Position numbers and translations under genes: made by a program. A stretch of DNA of 64,000 nucleotides, from assembly GCA_965232515.1 (NCBI GenBank), contig CBDDPY010000002.1:2784001-2848000 (forward strand), written 5' to 3'. The notes under the pieces were generated by a model, which worked only from the letters and a program-made list of their open reading frames with translations, was not told the origin of the DNA and searched no databases. Positions 38,398 to 49,450 of the stretch are shown here, piece after piece; the first letter of the stretch is position 1, and each line of letters starts with the position of its first letter. This stretch comes from Alphaproteobacteria bacterium (GTDB lineage: Bacteria > Pseudomonadota > Alphaproteobacteria > GCA-2731375).

Positions 38398-38536
38398 CGT
38401 ACGTCTCCTATCGTCCTGCTTTCATCTCGAATTGCGAACATCGCCGTTGATGAATCTTGGCGCTAATTGGTGTCCGCGCCTAGCCTGTCTTACGACGTAC
38501 GGCATTTGACGTACACGAAGGGGCGTGATTCGAGCG

Positions 38537-39178
38537 TTAATCTCGGCTGGGATGAATATCCGCGGCCAATGCCAGACGAATAAGTTCAGGCGTGCTTCGC
38601 GCCTGCATCTTGCGGCTGATACGCGAGAGATAAACTTCGACCGTACGGTGACTGATCCCGAGGCGCGCCGCGATCTCCTTTCGCCGCGCGCCACTCACCA
38701 GATGCCGCAACACCTCGACCTCACGATCGGACAATGACAGGAATCGATCCGCGGCGATGCTGTCGCGGTTACGGCGCACGGCCGCCGGCTGTGCCTCCCG
38801 CCGCCCCTGCTCCAGGCTGTCGAGCAGGATCGCCGGCGATGCCGGGCGCTCGATGTAGTCGTAGGCGCCAGCCCGCAACGCCCGGACCGCGAGCCGGACC
38901 TCGTTCGGACCGAGCAGCACGGTCGGTCGAACGAAGAGACCGCTGCCGCGAAGTTGGTCAAGGATCGCAAAACCGTCCATATCCGGCAGGTCGGCGTCGA
39001 TCAGCAGGCCCGAGATCGTGCCGATGTCGGCGACGTCGAGGAAATCCCAGGCACTGAGGTAGTTTACGGCCGTGTAGCCATTTTCTTCCAGCAACGCGGA
39101 GAGCGATTCGGCATCCTCGCGACTGCCGACGACGATCGCGATCTGCCTCGATTCCGGTCTGCAACTGCTTGCCGACAT
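38537..39178 (-). CDS. FixJ-like response regulator (atypical receiver plus LuxR HTH)
   Basis: LLIDADLPDMDG, AVRALRAGAYDYIERP, LSDREVEVL...KEIAARLGISHRTVEVY. Confidence 0.88.
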   Translation of the reverse strand: MSASSCRPESRQIAIVVGSREDAESLSALLEENGYTAVNYLSAWDFLDVADIGTISGLLIDADLPDMDGFAILDQLRGSGLFVRPTVLLGPNEVRLAVRALRAGAYDYIERPASPAILLDSLEQGRREAQPAAVRRNRDSIAADRFLSLSDREVEVLRHLVSGARRKEIAARLGISHRTVEVYLSRISRKMQARSTPELIRLALAADIHPSRD

Positions 39179-39322
39179 CGCCTCACCGCTGCCCGTGCGG
39201 GATATACTTGGTTGGCTGACGCCAATCAGATTCCCCACGCCAAGCTTTGAAAAGCATTGCATATACTAACGCCTGACGGCGCGTCACGTCAGCGTGGATC
39301 AATAATTAAAAAGGATTGTGAA

Positions 39323-39934
39323 ATGAGGCTTTTCAACTCCGTGGGACCGAACCCGAAAGTCGTGCGCATGTTCCTCGCAGAAAAAAATCTGACTCTACCT
39401 GTGATTGAGATCGATCTGCGTGGCGGCGAGAACCGGCAGGCGCCCTATACCGACAAAAATCCGTCCGGCCAATGCCCTTGCCTGGAACTCGACAACGGCA
39501 CCTATCTCTCTGAAATCACTGCCATTTGCGAGTATATCGAGGACAAGCAGCCAGCGCCGACACTGATCGGATCGACGCCAGAAGAAAAGGCGGAGACCCG
39601 AATGTGGGTGCGGCGCATCGATTTGAACATCCTCGAGCCCATGGCCAACGGATTCCGCTATTCAACCGGCTTGAAGATGTTCCAGGAACGGATTCACTGC
39701 ATCCCGCAAGCGGCCGACGACCTGAAAACGTCGGCGCAGGAAAAACTGGCATGGCTCGACGGCCTGATGGCGGACAGAGCCTACGTCTGCGGCGACCGAT
39801 TCACGCTGGCCGACATCATGCTGTTCGTCTTCGTCGATTTCTTCAACGGCATCGACCAGCCGATGAATCCCGATCTGAAAAACATCGCCGCCTGGCATGG
39901 CCGCATCAAGGAACGCGACAGCGCTAACGCTTAG
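39323..39934 (+). CDS. Glutathione S-transferase family protein
   Basis: [42 protein letters not shown]. Confidence 0.93.
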   Translation: MRLFNSVGPNPKVVRMFLAEKNLTLPVIEIDLRGGENRQAPYTDKNPSGQCPCLELDNGTYLSEITAICEYIEDKQPAPTLIGSTPEEKAETRMWVRRIDLNILEPMANGFRYSTGLKMFQERIHCIPQAADDLKTSAQEKLAWLDGLMADRAYVCGDRFTLADIMLFVFVDFFNGIDQPMNPDLKNIAAWHGRIKERDSANA

Positions 39935-42287
39935 CCCGTAACGCCGACCAGATGCGTTCCGGCGTCGCCGGCATGTCGATATGCGTGATGCCGAACTCGG
40001 CCAGCGCATCGACCAGCGCGTTCATCACCGCCGGCAACGCGCCGGTGACGCCGGCCTCGCCGCAACCCTTGACGCCGAGCGCGTTGGTCGTGGCCGGCAC
40101 CGGATGCGAGGCGAAGCCGAAGTCCGGCACCTGGTCGGCGCGCGGCATGGCGTAGTCCATGAACGAGCCGTTGAGCAGTTGGCCCTCGCCGTCGTAGACC
40201 GCCTGCTCCATCAACGCCTGGCCGATGCCCTGGACGACGCCGCCATGCACCTGACCCTCGACCAGCATGGGGTTGACCAGCGTGCCGAAATCGTCGACCA
40301 CGACATAACCCGCGATCTCGACGGCGCCGGTCTCGGGATCGACCTCGAGCTCGCAGACGTGACAGCCGTTCGGATAGCTTGACGGCCCGGTGTCGGCGAT
40401 CAGCGAGGCATCGAGGTTCGCCGGCACATCGTCCGGCAGGTCGCCCGCCGCGCGCGCGCGGCGCGCGAGATCCATGATCGGGATCGTGCGGTCGGTGCCG
40501 GCCACGCGGAAAACGCCGTCGGCGAAATCGATGTCCTCGACGGCCGCCTCCAGGAAATGCCCAGCCAGCTGCCGGCCCTGGGCGATGACCTGGTCACCGG
40601 CCTGCAGGATGGCGTTGCCGCTGGCCATGGTGGAGCGCGAACCGCCGGTGCCGCCGCCGGCGATCAGTTCGTCGCTGTCGCCCTGCAGCAAGCGCACCTG
40701 CTCGAACGGCACGCCCAGCTTGTCGTGCAGGATCTGCGCGAACGTCGCGGCGTGACCCTGGCCGTAGTTCAGCGTGCCGGTGATGATGGTCACGCCGCCG
40801 TCGGCATCGAAGCGGATACCGCCCATTTCCTTGCCGGGCGGCGCCGTGACCTCGAGATAGCTGGCAAGCCCGATTCCGCGCAGCCTGCCGCGTTCGCGCG
40901 CCGCCGCCCGCCGGGCCGGAAAGCCCGACCAATCGGCCGCCTCTAGGCATTCGTCCATCAGCGCCGCGAAGTCGCCGCTGTCGTAGACCTGGCCCGAGGC
41001 GGCCGTGAACGGCATGGCGTCTGACGGGATCATGTTGCGGCGGCGCAGCGCGACGGGGTCGTGTCCGGTTTCGCGCGCCGCCTTGTCGATCAGCCGCTCC
41101 ATATAGTAGTTCGCTTCCGGCCGGCCGGCGCCGCGATAGGCGCTGACCGACGTGGTGTTAGTGAACACGCATTTCATGCGCACGGCGATGGCCGGCGTGC
41201 GGTAACAGCTCGGCAGGTTCTTGTGGATGTTGCCGGACTGCACGTTGGGGCCGACGGTCGACAGGTAGGCGCCCATATTGGCGAAGCCGGTGATGCGCGC
41301 GGCCAGGAAGTTGCCGTCGGCATCCAGCGCCAGTTCGGCGTCGACCAGACTGTCGCGGCCGTGCTGGTCGGAAAGAAAACTCTCGCTCCGCTCGTCGCAC
41401 CATTTCACCGGCCGGCCCAGCGCCCGGGCGGCATGCAGCAGCGCGACATATTCCGGGTACGGCGGCGCCTTCATGCCGAACGAACCGCCGACATCGTAGA
41501 TGCGCACGCGCATCTTCTCGGGCGGCACCTTGAGAATGTTGTTGGCAAGCGAATTGCGCAGCCCGAACGCGCCCTGCGCGCCGACATGCAGCGTGAAGCG
41601 TTCCTCGGCCGGGTCGTATTCGGCGACGGCCGCGCGCGGTTCCAGCGCCGCCACGACCAGACGGTTGTTGTCGATCCTGAGCCGCGTCACGTGCGCGGCC
41701 TCCGCAAAGGCGCGCTCGACGGCCTCAACGTCGCCGTTCTTCCAGTCGAGGCAGATATTGTTAGGCGCCTCGTCGGGCCAGATCTGCGAAGCGTCCGGTG
41801 CCACCGCCTGCTCGACCGTGGTCACCGCCGGCAGCGGATCGATATCGAGCATGACCAGCTCCGCCGCGTCCTTGGCCTGCGCCGGCGTCTCGGCGACGAC
41901 CAGCGCCACGGGATCGCCGAGATGTCGCACCCGCCCGACGGCGAGCGCCGGATGCGGCGGCACGATCAGCGGCCGGCCGTCATGGCTCTTTAGCGGCAAA
42001 GCGCAAGGCAGATCGCCGTAGTCAGTGAGATCGTCGGCGGTGTAGACCGCGAGCACGCCCGGCGCGGCGGACGCCTCGGACGTACCGAGCGTGTCGATAA
42101 CGCCGTGCGCGATCGTCGAACGGACCAGCACGCCGTAGACCTGCCGCGGCAAGTTGATGTCGTCGGCATAGCGGCCGCCGCCGGTCAACAGGCGCGGGTC
42201 CTCGGTACGTTTCACCGGTTGCCCGACGCCATACTTCTCGGTCCGCTCAAGCGGCGTGTCGACTACGTTCATCGTCGCAAATCCCAT
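39924..42287 (-). CDS. Xanthine dehydrogenase family molybdopterin-binding subunit (form II CoxL-like)
   Basis: [38 protein letters not shown]; start uncertain. Confidence 0.92.
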   Translation of the reverse strand: MGFATMNVVDTPLERTEKYGVGQPVKRTEDPRLLTGGGRYADDINLPRQVYGVLVRSTIAHGVIDTLGTSEASAAPGVLAVYTADDLTDYGDLPCALPLKSHDGRPLIVPPHPALAVGRVRHLGDPVALVVAETPAQAKDAAELVMLDIDPLPAVTTVEQAVAPDASQIWPDEAPNNICLDWKNGDVEAVERAFAEAAHVTRLRIDNNRLVVAALEPRAAVAEYDPAEERFTLHVGAQGAFGLRNSLANNILKVPPEKMRVRIYDVGGSFGMKAPPYPEYVALLHAARALGRPVKWCDERSESFLSDQHGRDSLVDAELALDADGNFLAARITGFANMGAYLSTVGPNVQSGNIHKNLPSCYRTPAIAVRMKCVFTNTTSVSAYRGAGRPEANYYMERLIDKAARETGHDPVALRRRNMIPSDAMPFTAASGQVYDSGDFAALMDECLEAADWSGFPARRAAARERGRLRGIGLASYLEVTAPPGKEMGGIRFDADGGVTIITGTLNYGQGHAATFAQILHDKLGVPFEQVRLLQGDSDELIAGGGTGGSRSTMASGNAILQAGDQVIAQGRQLAGHFLEAAVEDIDFADGVFRVAGTDRTIPIMDLARRARAAGDLPDDVPANLDASLIADTGPSSYPNGCHVCELEVDPETGAVEIAGYVVVDDFGTLVNPMLVEGQVHGGVVQGIGQALMEQAVYDGEGQLLNGSFMDYAMPRADQVPDFGFASHPVPATTNALGVKGCGEAGVTGALPAVMNALVDALAEFGITHIDMPATPERIWSALRAKR

Positions 42288-42422
42288 GTCGGAAGGCGCA
42301 TCCGCGGCCCGGAAGCGGCAGCCGCGGCACCACGCCACAAAGATCTAATGCAGAAGAGACGGAATGCTACACCAATTCCGCGCCCCGCCAACAGGTCATG
42401 CCGCTGCCATATCGGTGTGAGC

Positions 42423-44093
42423 TCAATCCAGCATCGGCAGTTTGAGATTGTGCTCGCGGGCGCATTGGATGGCGTCGTCGTAGCCGGCGTCGGCGTGGCG
42501 CATAACGCCCGAGGCCGGGTCGTTGTGCAGGACGTTGGCGAGGCGGCGGGCGGCGGCTTCGGTACCGTCGCAGAGGATGACCATGCCGGCGTGCTGGCTG
42601 AAGCCGATGCCGGTACCGCCGCCGTGGTGGATCGAAACCCAGGTGGCGCCGCCGGCGCAGTTCAGGAGCGCATTCAAGAGCGGCCAGTCGGCGACCGCGT
42701 CGGAGCCGTCCTGCATCGCCTCGGTCTCACGGTTGGGACTGGCGACCGAGCCGGAATCGAGATGGTCGCGGCCGATCACGACGGGGCCTTTCAGCTCGCC
42801 TGACGCCACCATCTCGTTGAAGGCGAGGCCGACGCGGGCGCGGTCGCCGAGGCCGAGCCAGCAGATCCGGCTGGGCAGGCCCTGGAACTGGATGCGCTGG
42901 CGCGCCATGTCGAGCCAGTTGTGCAGGTGCGGGTCGGCGACGAGTTCTTTCACCTTGGCGTCGGTGGCGTAGATGTCGTCGGCCTCGCCCGAAAGCGCGG
43001 CCCAACGGAACGGCCCCTTGCCGCGGCAGAACATCGGCCGGATGTAGGCGGGCACGAAGCCGGGGAAGTCGAAGGCGTGATCGACGCCCGCCTCCTTGGC
43101 GAACTGGCGGATGTTGTTGCCGTAGTCGATGGTCGGCACGCCGGCGGCGTGGAAGTCGAGCATGGCACGCACTTGTTGCGCCATCGACTGTTTCGCCGCG
43201 GCCTCGACCTCGGCGGGATCTGATTGCTGCTTCACTTCCCATTCCTCGACCGTCCAGCCGACCGGCAGATAGCCGTTCAGCGGATCGTGCGCCGCGGTCT
43301 GGTCGGTGACGATATCAGGCATGACGCCGCGTTTGACCAGCTCGGGGAACACGTCGGCGGCGTTGCCTAGCAGGCCGACGGAAAGGGCCTGCTTGTTGGC
43401 GCAGGCGGCGCCGACCCAGTCCAGCGCCTCGTTCAGATCGGCCGTCCAGCGGTCGAGATAACCCGTCTCGATGCGGCGCTCGATGCGGCTCGCCCGGCAT
43501 TCGACGGCCAGCAGCGAGGCGCCGGCCATGGTCGCGGCGAGTGGCTGCGCGCCGCCCATGCCGCCGAGCCCGCCGGTCAGGATCCAGCGGCTCGACAGGT
43601 CGCCGCCGTAGTGCTGACGGCCGGCCTCCACAAAGGTCTCGTAGGTGCCCTGGATGATGCCCTGGCTGCCGATATAGATCCAAGAGCCGGCGGTCATCTG
43701 GCCGTACATCATCAGGCCCTGGCGGTCGAGTTCGTGGAAGTGGTCCCAGTTCGCCCACTGGCCAACCAGATTGGAATTGGCGATCAGAACCCGGGGCGCG
43801 TCGGCATGGGTGCGGAACACGCCGACCGGCTTGCCCGACTGCACGAGCAGCGTCTCGTCGTCTTCCAGCGCCCGCAGGCTGTCGACGATGCGGTCGAAGC
43901 ATTTCCAGTCGCGGGCCGCGCGGCCGATGCCGCCATAGACGACAAGTTCGTTCGGCTTCTCGGCGACATCCGGATCGAGATTGTTCATCAGCATGCGCAT
44001 GGGCGCCTCGGCCTGCCAGCTCTTGCAGCTGATCTCTGTGCCCCGGGGCGAACGCACCTCGCGCGCATTGGCGAAACGATCCTGGTCCGTCAT
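42423..44093 (-). CDS. hutU: Urocanate hydratase
   Basis: [62 protein letters not shown]. Confidence 0.97.
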   Translation of the reverse strand: MTDQDRFANAREVRSPRGTEISCKSWQAEAPMRMLMNNLDPDVAEKPNELVVYGGIGRAARDWKCFDRIVDSLRALEDDETLLVQSGKPVGVFRTHADAPRVLIANSNLVGQWANWDHFHELDRQGLMMYGQMTAGSWIYIGSQGIIQGTYETFVEAGRQHYGGDLSSRWILTGGLGGMGGAQPLAATMAGASLLAVECRASRIERRIETGYLDRWTADLNEALDWVGAACANKQALSVGLLGNAADVFPELVKRGVMPDIVTDQTAAHDPLNGYLPVGWTVEEWEVKQQSDPAEVEAAAKQSMAQQVRAMLDFHAAGVPTIDYGNNIRQFAKEAGVDHAFDFPGFVPAYIRPMFCRGKGPFRWAALSGEADDIYATDAKVKELVADPHLHNWLDMARQRIQFQGLPSRICWLGLGDRARVGLAFNEMVASGELKGPVVIGRDHLDSGSVASPNRETEAMQDGSDAVADWPLLNALLNCAGGATWVSIHHGGGTGIGFSQHAGMVILCDGTEAAARRLANVLHNDPASGVMRHADAGYDDAIQCAREHNLKLPMLD

Positions 44094-44119
44094 GGCGTGT
44101 CCTCGCTCAGGTTCAGGGC

Positions 44120-45070
44120 CTACGACGGCCGCAGGTCGGCGGCCGGCTCAACGAATGCCGCTCCCTCGCCGGCGCGCAACGCACGCCAATAGGTGCGATG
44201 AAACACGCCGTAGCCCGGCGATGTGACGGCCAGTCGATCCCGCATCAGGTCGTGCAGGCGCGGCAGGGCGTGGAACGGCACGGCGGGGTAGACGTGATGC
44301 TCGGTATGGAACGGCATGTTCCACATCAGAAACCGCACCAGTGGCGTCGCGAATGTCGTGCGCGTGTTGCGCAACATGTCGTTGGGGTCTTCAATGCAGC
44401 CGGTGTGCTCGGCCAGCAGGTAGAGCCGCAGGAACGGCTGACCCAAGACGGCCGGCAGAACCCAGAACCAGAGTGCGGCGGACGATCCGGTGACAGCGGA
44501 GACCGCCAGCACGGTGGCATACGCCAGCAGATGGAGCCGCGCCTCCCAGGCGATGGCGCGACGTTCGGCCGTGGGCACGAAGCCAGCCTGGACCCGGCCG
44601 ACGGCATGCCGCGCGAGCTCACCGAACCGGTCGCGCCAATAGCGGAAGCCCGAGATGTAGAGCAGATAGCCGGCCGTCGTCGCCGGCTTGGGCCCGGCCA
44701 GTTCCGGATCGCGGGCCGGATCCTGGGTGTGGCGATGATGGGCGGTGTGGAAGCGGCGGAAAAACCGCGCCGGCAGGAAATGCACCAGGCCGGTGACGGT
44801 GGCGACGATGTCGTTCAGCCAGCGGCTGCGAAACGCGGTGTAGTGCACGGTCTCGTGCAGACCGGCGAACAGGGCGACCTGCACGATACCGTGCAGCAGC
44901 ATGGCCGGCAGCATCCACCAGGTGCCGAGCGTCGCCGCGATCCCGCTCGCCGTCAGCGCCAGTACGCCAATATGGCCGAGCAGCTGCAGGGAACCCCTCG
45001 CGTCCGAGCGCCGGTTCAGCGGCGCGACGGCCGCGGCGGAAAGCAACGCATTGCGGTCACGGACGGTCAT
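44120..45070 (-). CDS. Membrane di-iron desaturase-fold enzyme (MocD/rhizopine oxygenase-like)
   Basis: His boxes HETVH, HTAHHRH, HTEHH; [29 protein letters not shown]. Confidence 0.85.
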   Translation of the reverse strand: MTVRDRNALLSAAAVAPLNRRSDARGSLQLLGHIGVLALTASGIAATLGTWWMLPAMLLHGIVQVALFAGLHETVHYTAFRSRWLNDIVATVTGLVHFLPARFFRRFHTAHHRHTQDPARDPELAGPKPATTAGYLLYISGFRYWRDRFGELARHAVGRVQAGFVPTAERRAIAWEARLHLLAYATVLAVSAVTGSSAALWFWVLPAVLGQPFLRLYLLAEHTGCIEDPNDMLRNTRTTFATPLVRFLMWNMPFHTEHHVYPAVPFHALPRLHDLMRDRLAVTSPGYGVFHRTYWRALRAGEGAAFVEPAADLRPS

Positions 45071-45101
45071 CGCGGCAGTCTAGCTCAGGGCGCCGCCCGC
45101 G

Positions 45102-45908
45102 TCAGTTCAGTCGGGCATAACCCGCTTCCGCGGCCGCGGTTTCCATTTCCAGAATGCGGTCGTAGGCCGGGAGGTCGAGCACCGCGATATCGGCGATGAG
45201 CAGGTTCGCGCGCACATCCACGAGCGCCGGATCGGCGACGGCACGCGCCAGCCCGGCGCGCAGGCGCTGGACCAGTTCCGGCTTCGCGCCGCCGCGCGTG
45301 ACGTAAGGCAGGCCGGGCGCGGGCGCGGACCGATCGAGAATGCGCACCGCCGACAGCAGCGCTGGATCGTACTTTTCGATCAGCGCATAGGTGACGCAGT
45401 CGATCGCCGCGACGTCTGCGTCGCCGGCGGCGACCTTGGCGATGCTCTGCACGTGGCTGCCGCTGACGACGATATCGGCGAAGAAGCGGCCGTCCCGGGC
45501 CAGCGGCGCGACCGCATGACGCAAGGCGCTCATGCCGGATTGCGAATCCCAGCCGTTGACGGCCGCGACCCGCCCACGCAGGTCCGCCATCGTGCCAAAG
45601 GTGCTGTCGGCGGGAACGATCAGATGGCTGACATAAGTAGGGCCGACACATCCCGACGCGGCGTAAGCCGGGGTCGCCACCAGCACGACCCGGCCAGCCA
45701 ACGCATGGGTCAACGGATATCCGCAGGTCTGCGCGAGCAACAGCTCGGGCGATGTCAGTAGGGCCTTGTGGTCAGTCGGCCGCGCCAGACGCGGCGGCAA
45801 ATCTTCCAAGCCCTCCGCGCCCAGCGTGCGCCGCAGACCCTGCCACCAGGCGTCGACGGCCGGCCGCATTCGCGGCAGATCGTACATCGCGAGGGCGGCG
45901 AGGTTCAC
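45102..45908 (-). CDS. PhnD/SsuA-type binding-protein fold, no signal peptide
   Basis: QTCGYP, AVNGWDSQSG, SGSHVQSI, ADVAAIDCVTY; GTGA overlap with the regulator. Confidence 0.8.
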   Translation of the reverse strand: MNLAALAMYDLPRMRPAVDAWWQGLRRTLGAEGLEDLPPRLARPTDHKALLTSPELLLAQTCGYPLTHALAGRVVLVATPAYAASGCVGPTYVSHLIVPADSTFGTMADLRGRVAAVNGWDSQSGMSALRHAVAPLARDGRFFADIVVSGSHVQSIAKVAAGDADVAAIDCVTYALIEKYDPALLSAVRILDRSAPAPGLPYVTRGGAKPELVQRLRAGLARAVADPALVDVRANLLIADIAVLDLPAYDRILEMETAAAEAGYARLN

Positions 45909-46768
45909 GCTTCCGTGCCCGATTCGAGTTCGGTGAGCAGACTGCGCAAGAACGCCGGCACGTCGGGCGGCTGCACCACCGCCGCGCGGATCAGACCGTC
46001 GAAATGGCGGGTCAGAACCCGGATATGCTCGGTCGTATTGAAGACGAGATACATCTGGCCGACATAGACGGCGGCGCGTTGCGGACCGAAGATCGTCACC
46101 GGCACGGAATAGCGTTTCAGGCCGTCATAGAGGAACCAGCGCAGGGTCGGATACAGCTCCTCCACCAGCTTGATCATGAGCCGCAACTGCTCGATGCGGT
46201 CGTCCCGGTCGAGGCCATTCCAGATGTTCTTGCCTTGCGCAAAATCCTGCAGGTGCTGGACGGTGTTGCAGATCTCCATGTCGGTCTCGGGCAGCCGGGA
46301 ATACTCCAGCCGGCCCGCAGCCTGCACGCGCGCGTCCTCGGTCCGCACGGTTTCCGACGGCACGTATTCATATTCAATGACCCGATCGGTCTTCATCAGG
46401 TCGGGAATCGTCGTGGGCACGTAGCGGATCTTGTAGCCCGACGCCTCCTCGAACCAGTCCGCTAGGCGCCGCACGCTGCTCAGCGGATCGCTGCGCTCGA
46501 TCTGCAGGGACTGCTCGAGAATGTCGGCGCCGAGCTGGGCGTCATGGCTCAAGCCCAACAGCCAGTCGAGGCTGACCTGGAGCGTTGCCGCCATGGCCGC
46601 CACGGTATCGGCGCGCGGCAGGCGGTCATTTTCCTGGGACAGCAGTTGCGACAACGTCGAACGGTCGACGCCGACCTGCCGCGCCAGAGCGGATTGCGTG
46701 AGCCCGGTCCGCTCCATGGCCTGGGCCAAATTGCTGCGAAACAAGCGAACGGTGTCACGCCGGTCCAT
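45905..46768 (-). CDS. XRE-family HTH regulator with C-terminal sensor domain
   Basis: TQSALARQVGVDRSTLSQLL, LQVSLDWLLGL. Confidence 0.88.
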   Translation of the reverse strand: MDRRDTVRLFRSNLAQAMERTGLTQSALARQVGVDRSTLSQLLSQENDRLPRADTVAAMAATLQVSLDWLLGLSHDAQLGADILEQSLQIERSDPLSSVRRLADWFEEASGYKIRYVPTTIPDLMKTDRVIEYEYVPSETVRTEDARVQAAGRLEYSRLPETDMEICNTVQHLQDFAQGKNIWNGLDRDDRIEQLRLMIKLVEELYPTLRWFLYDGLKRYSVPVTIFGPQRAAVYVGQMYLVFNTTEHIRVLTRHFDGLIRAAVVQPPDVPAFLRSLLTELESGTEA

Positions 46769-46779
46769 GGTTTGCAATC

Positions 46780-47010
46780 CTGTGCGCTTTTTCTCTAATG
46801 TTAAAACTCATCAGCATATTGTTTCGTAAAATCACCAATACATAAAATTTAATACAATATTTGCGAATTGTAGCACAAACCCTCGTTGCTTCAACAACGC
46901 GCATTCTTCTAACCTGACGTCATCTTAAATGGCGACACGCGGCACGGTCGGTTTGCCGATCGAATCCCGGAAAACTGCCGTTTTGCCATCAATCGCGACA
47001 CTGGAAAGCT
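46780..47010. promoter_or_regulatory. AT-rich divergent promoter region
   Basis: Low-GC non-coding gap between the XRE regulator and the second desaturase. Confidence 0.55.
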
Positions 47011-47023
47011 TTTGCGCGGATAC

Positions 47024-47971
47024 ATGCAATCGATGGCGAAACGGCCCGCTTGTGACAAAAATTGGACGAACGCCGCATGGCGTCGGTTCGAGCTGCCGAC
47101 CTGGGCCGTGGCGGCCGGTATCTATGTCGGCTTCGGTCTGCTGACCTGGCACCATCACACACTGCCCATCTGGCTGTTGCCGCTGCTGGGCGGCTGGTTC
47201 GTCTGCTGGCACGGATCGTTGCAGCATGAAATCGTGCATGGCCATCCGACGCGCTGGTCCTGGCTGAACGCCGCCATCGCCCTGCCGTCGTTGGCGCTCT
47301 GGCTACCCTATACGCTCTACCGCGAGATCCATATCGCCCATCACCGCACCGACGCGCTGACCTGCCCGACACACGACCCGGAATCGTTCTACGTTCGGCC
47401 CGAGGACTGGGCACGCTTCGGGTCGCCGCATCGCTGGCTGTTGCAGGTCATGAACACGCTCGCGGGTCGACTGATTCTGGGGCCGATCTATGTTTGCGTC
47501 CGCTTCTGGCACGCGGAACTCCACCGCATCGCCGCGGGCGACCGACGGCGCCTCGGGCACTGGCTGCTGCATGGCGCCGCCGTCACGCCGGTTCTGTATT
47601 GGACTCTCGCGGTCTGCCAGATCCCGCTCTGGCACTATCTGCTGTTTTTCGTCTGGCCCGGTATCTCGCTGACGCTGCTGCGGTCATTTGCGGAACACCG
47701 CGCGGCGGCCGATCCGGACCACCGGACCGCGATCATCGAGAGCAACGGCCTGATCTCGCTTCTGTTCCTGAACAACAACCTGCACGCGGTGCACCACGAC
47801 GACCCGCGCCTCGCCTGGTACGAGCTGCCGCGGGTCTACCGTGCGGCGCGCGGGCGGATCGCGGCGCAAAACGGCGGCTATGTGATGCGCGGCTATGCCG
47901 AGTTGGCGCGGCGGTTCCTGCTGCGGCCGAAGGACTCGCCGGTGCAGCGGTGGACCACCGCCGCGACGTGA
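47024..47971 (+). CDS. Membrane di-iron fatty acid desaturase-fold enzyme
   Basis: His boxes HEIVH, HIAHH, HAVHH; DPESFY, RSFAEH, LFLNNNLH; start uncertain. Confidence 0.87.
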   Translation: MQSMAKRPACDKNWTNAAWRRFELPTWAVAAGIYVGFGLLTWHHHTLPIWLLPLLGGWFVCWHGSLQHEIVHGHPTRWSWLNAAIALPSLALWLPYTLYREIHIAHHRTDALTCPTHDPESFYVRPEDWARFGSPHRWLLQVMNTLAGRLILGPIYVCVRFWHAELHRIAAGDRRRLGHWLLHGAAVTPVLYWTLAVCQIPLWHYLLFFVWPGISLTLLRSFAEHRAAADPDHRTAIIESNGLISLLFLNNNLHAVHHDDPRLAWYELPRVYRAARGRIAAQNGGYVMRGYAELARRFLLRPKDSPVQRWTTAAT

Positions 47972-48091
47972 GCAAACGGGCCATTCGGCGACGCCATTGG
48001 GCCATCCCGGCCCTTTCCCCAATGCTATAGCGTAGACAACGACATGCGGCCGCCTCCGCCGCGGCCGTGTGCGAACAAGGAGATGTTGACG

Positions 48092-49423
48092 ATGACCACG
48101 CTGCCCGAGTCCACGACCTATGCCGTCATCGGCGCCGGCGTGCACGGCATGAGCACGGCCTGGCACCTGGCGATGGAGCTGGAGGCCCGCGGCAGCGGCT
48201 CGGGCGCCGACATCGTCGTGCTGGACAAGACCGGGCCCGGCGCCGGCGCCACCGGCATCGCCTGCGGCTGCGTGCGCAACTTCTACATGACCGAGCCGCT
48301 GCACGCGATCCTGCGCCACTCGGTCGATGTCTGGATGCAGGACCCGATCAACTTCGGCTTCCAGCAGACCGGCTATATCTCCTGCGGCGAGACCAACCAG
48401 ACCGACGACTACGCGGCCATGCACAAGAGCCAGAACGCGGTCGGCTATACGTCCGACCTCTACGTGGGCCAGGAGGCGCGCGACTTCCTGACAGGCATCT
48501 GGCCCGACTTCAAGACCGACGGCATCGACGTGGCGCTGCACGAGAAGCCGTCGGGCTATGCCGGCACCTGGCAGTTCGTGCGCGGCATGGCGGCGAAGCT
48601 GGAACAGCACGGCGTGCGGCTGCTGTCGGGCGTCGAGGTGACGGGCTATGACGTGGAGAACGGCGTCGTCAAGGCGCTGCACACCAACCAGGGCGACATG
48701 AAGGTCGACATGGTGGTGCTGAGCGCCGGCGCCTGGGTCAGCAAGCACTGGCAGATGCTGGACAAGCCGGCGACCATGGATTGCCGCTATCCCGACGGCA
48801 CGGCCGCGACCAAGGACATGTGGACCTATTGGCGGCTGGTCGAAGGCGAGGTCTATGTCGATGAGCCCTATCGCACTTCGGACGACCGCGACCCGCCGGT
48901 GCTGCACGTCGAGTTGATGAACACGCCGGTCGTCACGCCGGACGGCCGCGAGCTCGACGATCATCTGTACGTCTACTGGAAGAACGCGGCCGAACGCATG
49001 GACCGGCCCGGTGTGCAGGGCGGCTCGATTCCGGTGCTGATCGGCCCCGACGCCGCGCTCGACCCCTACGGCCACGACAACGACGACTACCAGGCCGAGC
49101 CGGAATTCGCCGATTATCTGACCGCGGCCATGGGCCAGTTGATGGGCCGGTTCGAGGGCTGCCGCAAGAACTTCCGCGAGCGGCGCAACGGCGGCATCGG
49201 CGCCTTCACGCCGGACAACGTGCCGATCTTCGACTGGATCTCACCGAACGTGTTCATGCTGGCCGACTCCAACCACGGCTTCAAAATGACGGGCGTCGGC
49301 AAGCTGCTGGCGAAGCAACTGGCGGGCGGCAACGCGGTCTCCGAGCTGCAGCCGTTCAGCCTCGGCCGCTTCGCCGAGGGCAAGACCTTCGGCGGCAGCA
49401 ACAGCCACTGTCCGTGGGTTTAG
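48092..49423 (+). CDS. FAD-dependent oxidoreductase (DAO/sarcosine oxidase-like)
   Basis: IGAGVHGMSTAWHL, GATGIACG, FTPDNVP, SNHGFK; AAGGAG RBS. Confidence 0.87.
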   Translation: MTTLPESTTYAVIGAGVHGMSTAWHLAMELEARGSGSGADIVVLDKTGPGAGATGIACGCVRNFYMTEPLHAILRHSVDVWMQDPINFGFQQTGYISCGETNQTDDYAAMHKSQNAVGYTSDLYVGQEARDFLTGIWPDFKTDGIDVALHEKPSGYAGTWQFVRGMAAKLEQHGVRLLSGVEVTGYDVENGVVKALHTNQGDMKVDMVVLSAGAWVSKHWQMLDKPATMDCRYPDGTAATKDMWTYWRLVEGEVYVDEPYRTSDDRDPPVLHVELMNTPVVTPDGRELDDHLYVYWKNAAERMDRPGVQGGSIPVLIGPDAALDPYGHDNDDYQAEPEFADYLTAAMGQLMGRFEGCRKNFRERRNGGIGAFTPDNVPIFDWISPNVFMLADSNHGFKMTGVGKLLAKQLAGGNAVSELQPFSLGRFAEGKTFGGSNSHCPWV

Positions 49424-49450
49424 GTGGCGAGGGCGTCAACCGATATCGCA

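Noticed and set aside
39924-42287. Aerobic CO dehydrogenase
   Set aside because: The active-site loop is AYRGAGR, not the form I AYRCSFR, and coxS/coxM are absent
45102-45908. Phosphonate ABC transport (phnD)
   Set aside because: No signal peptide and no phnC/phnE or C-P lyase genes
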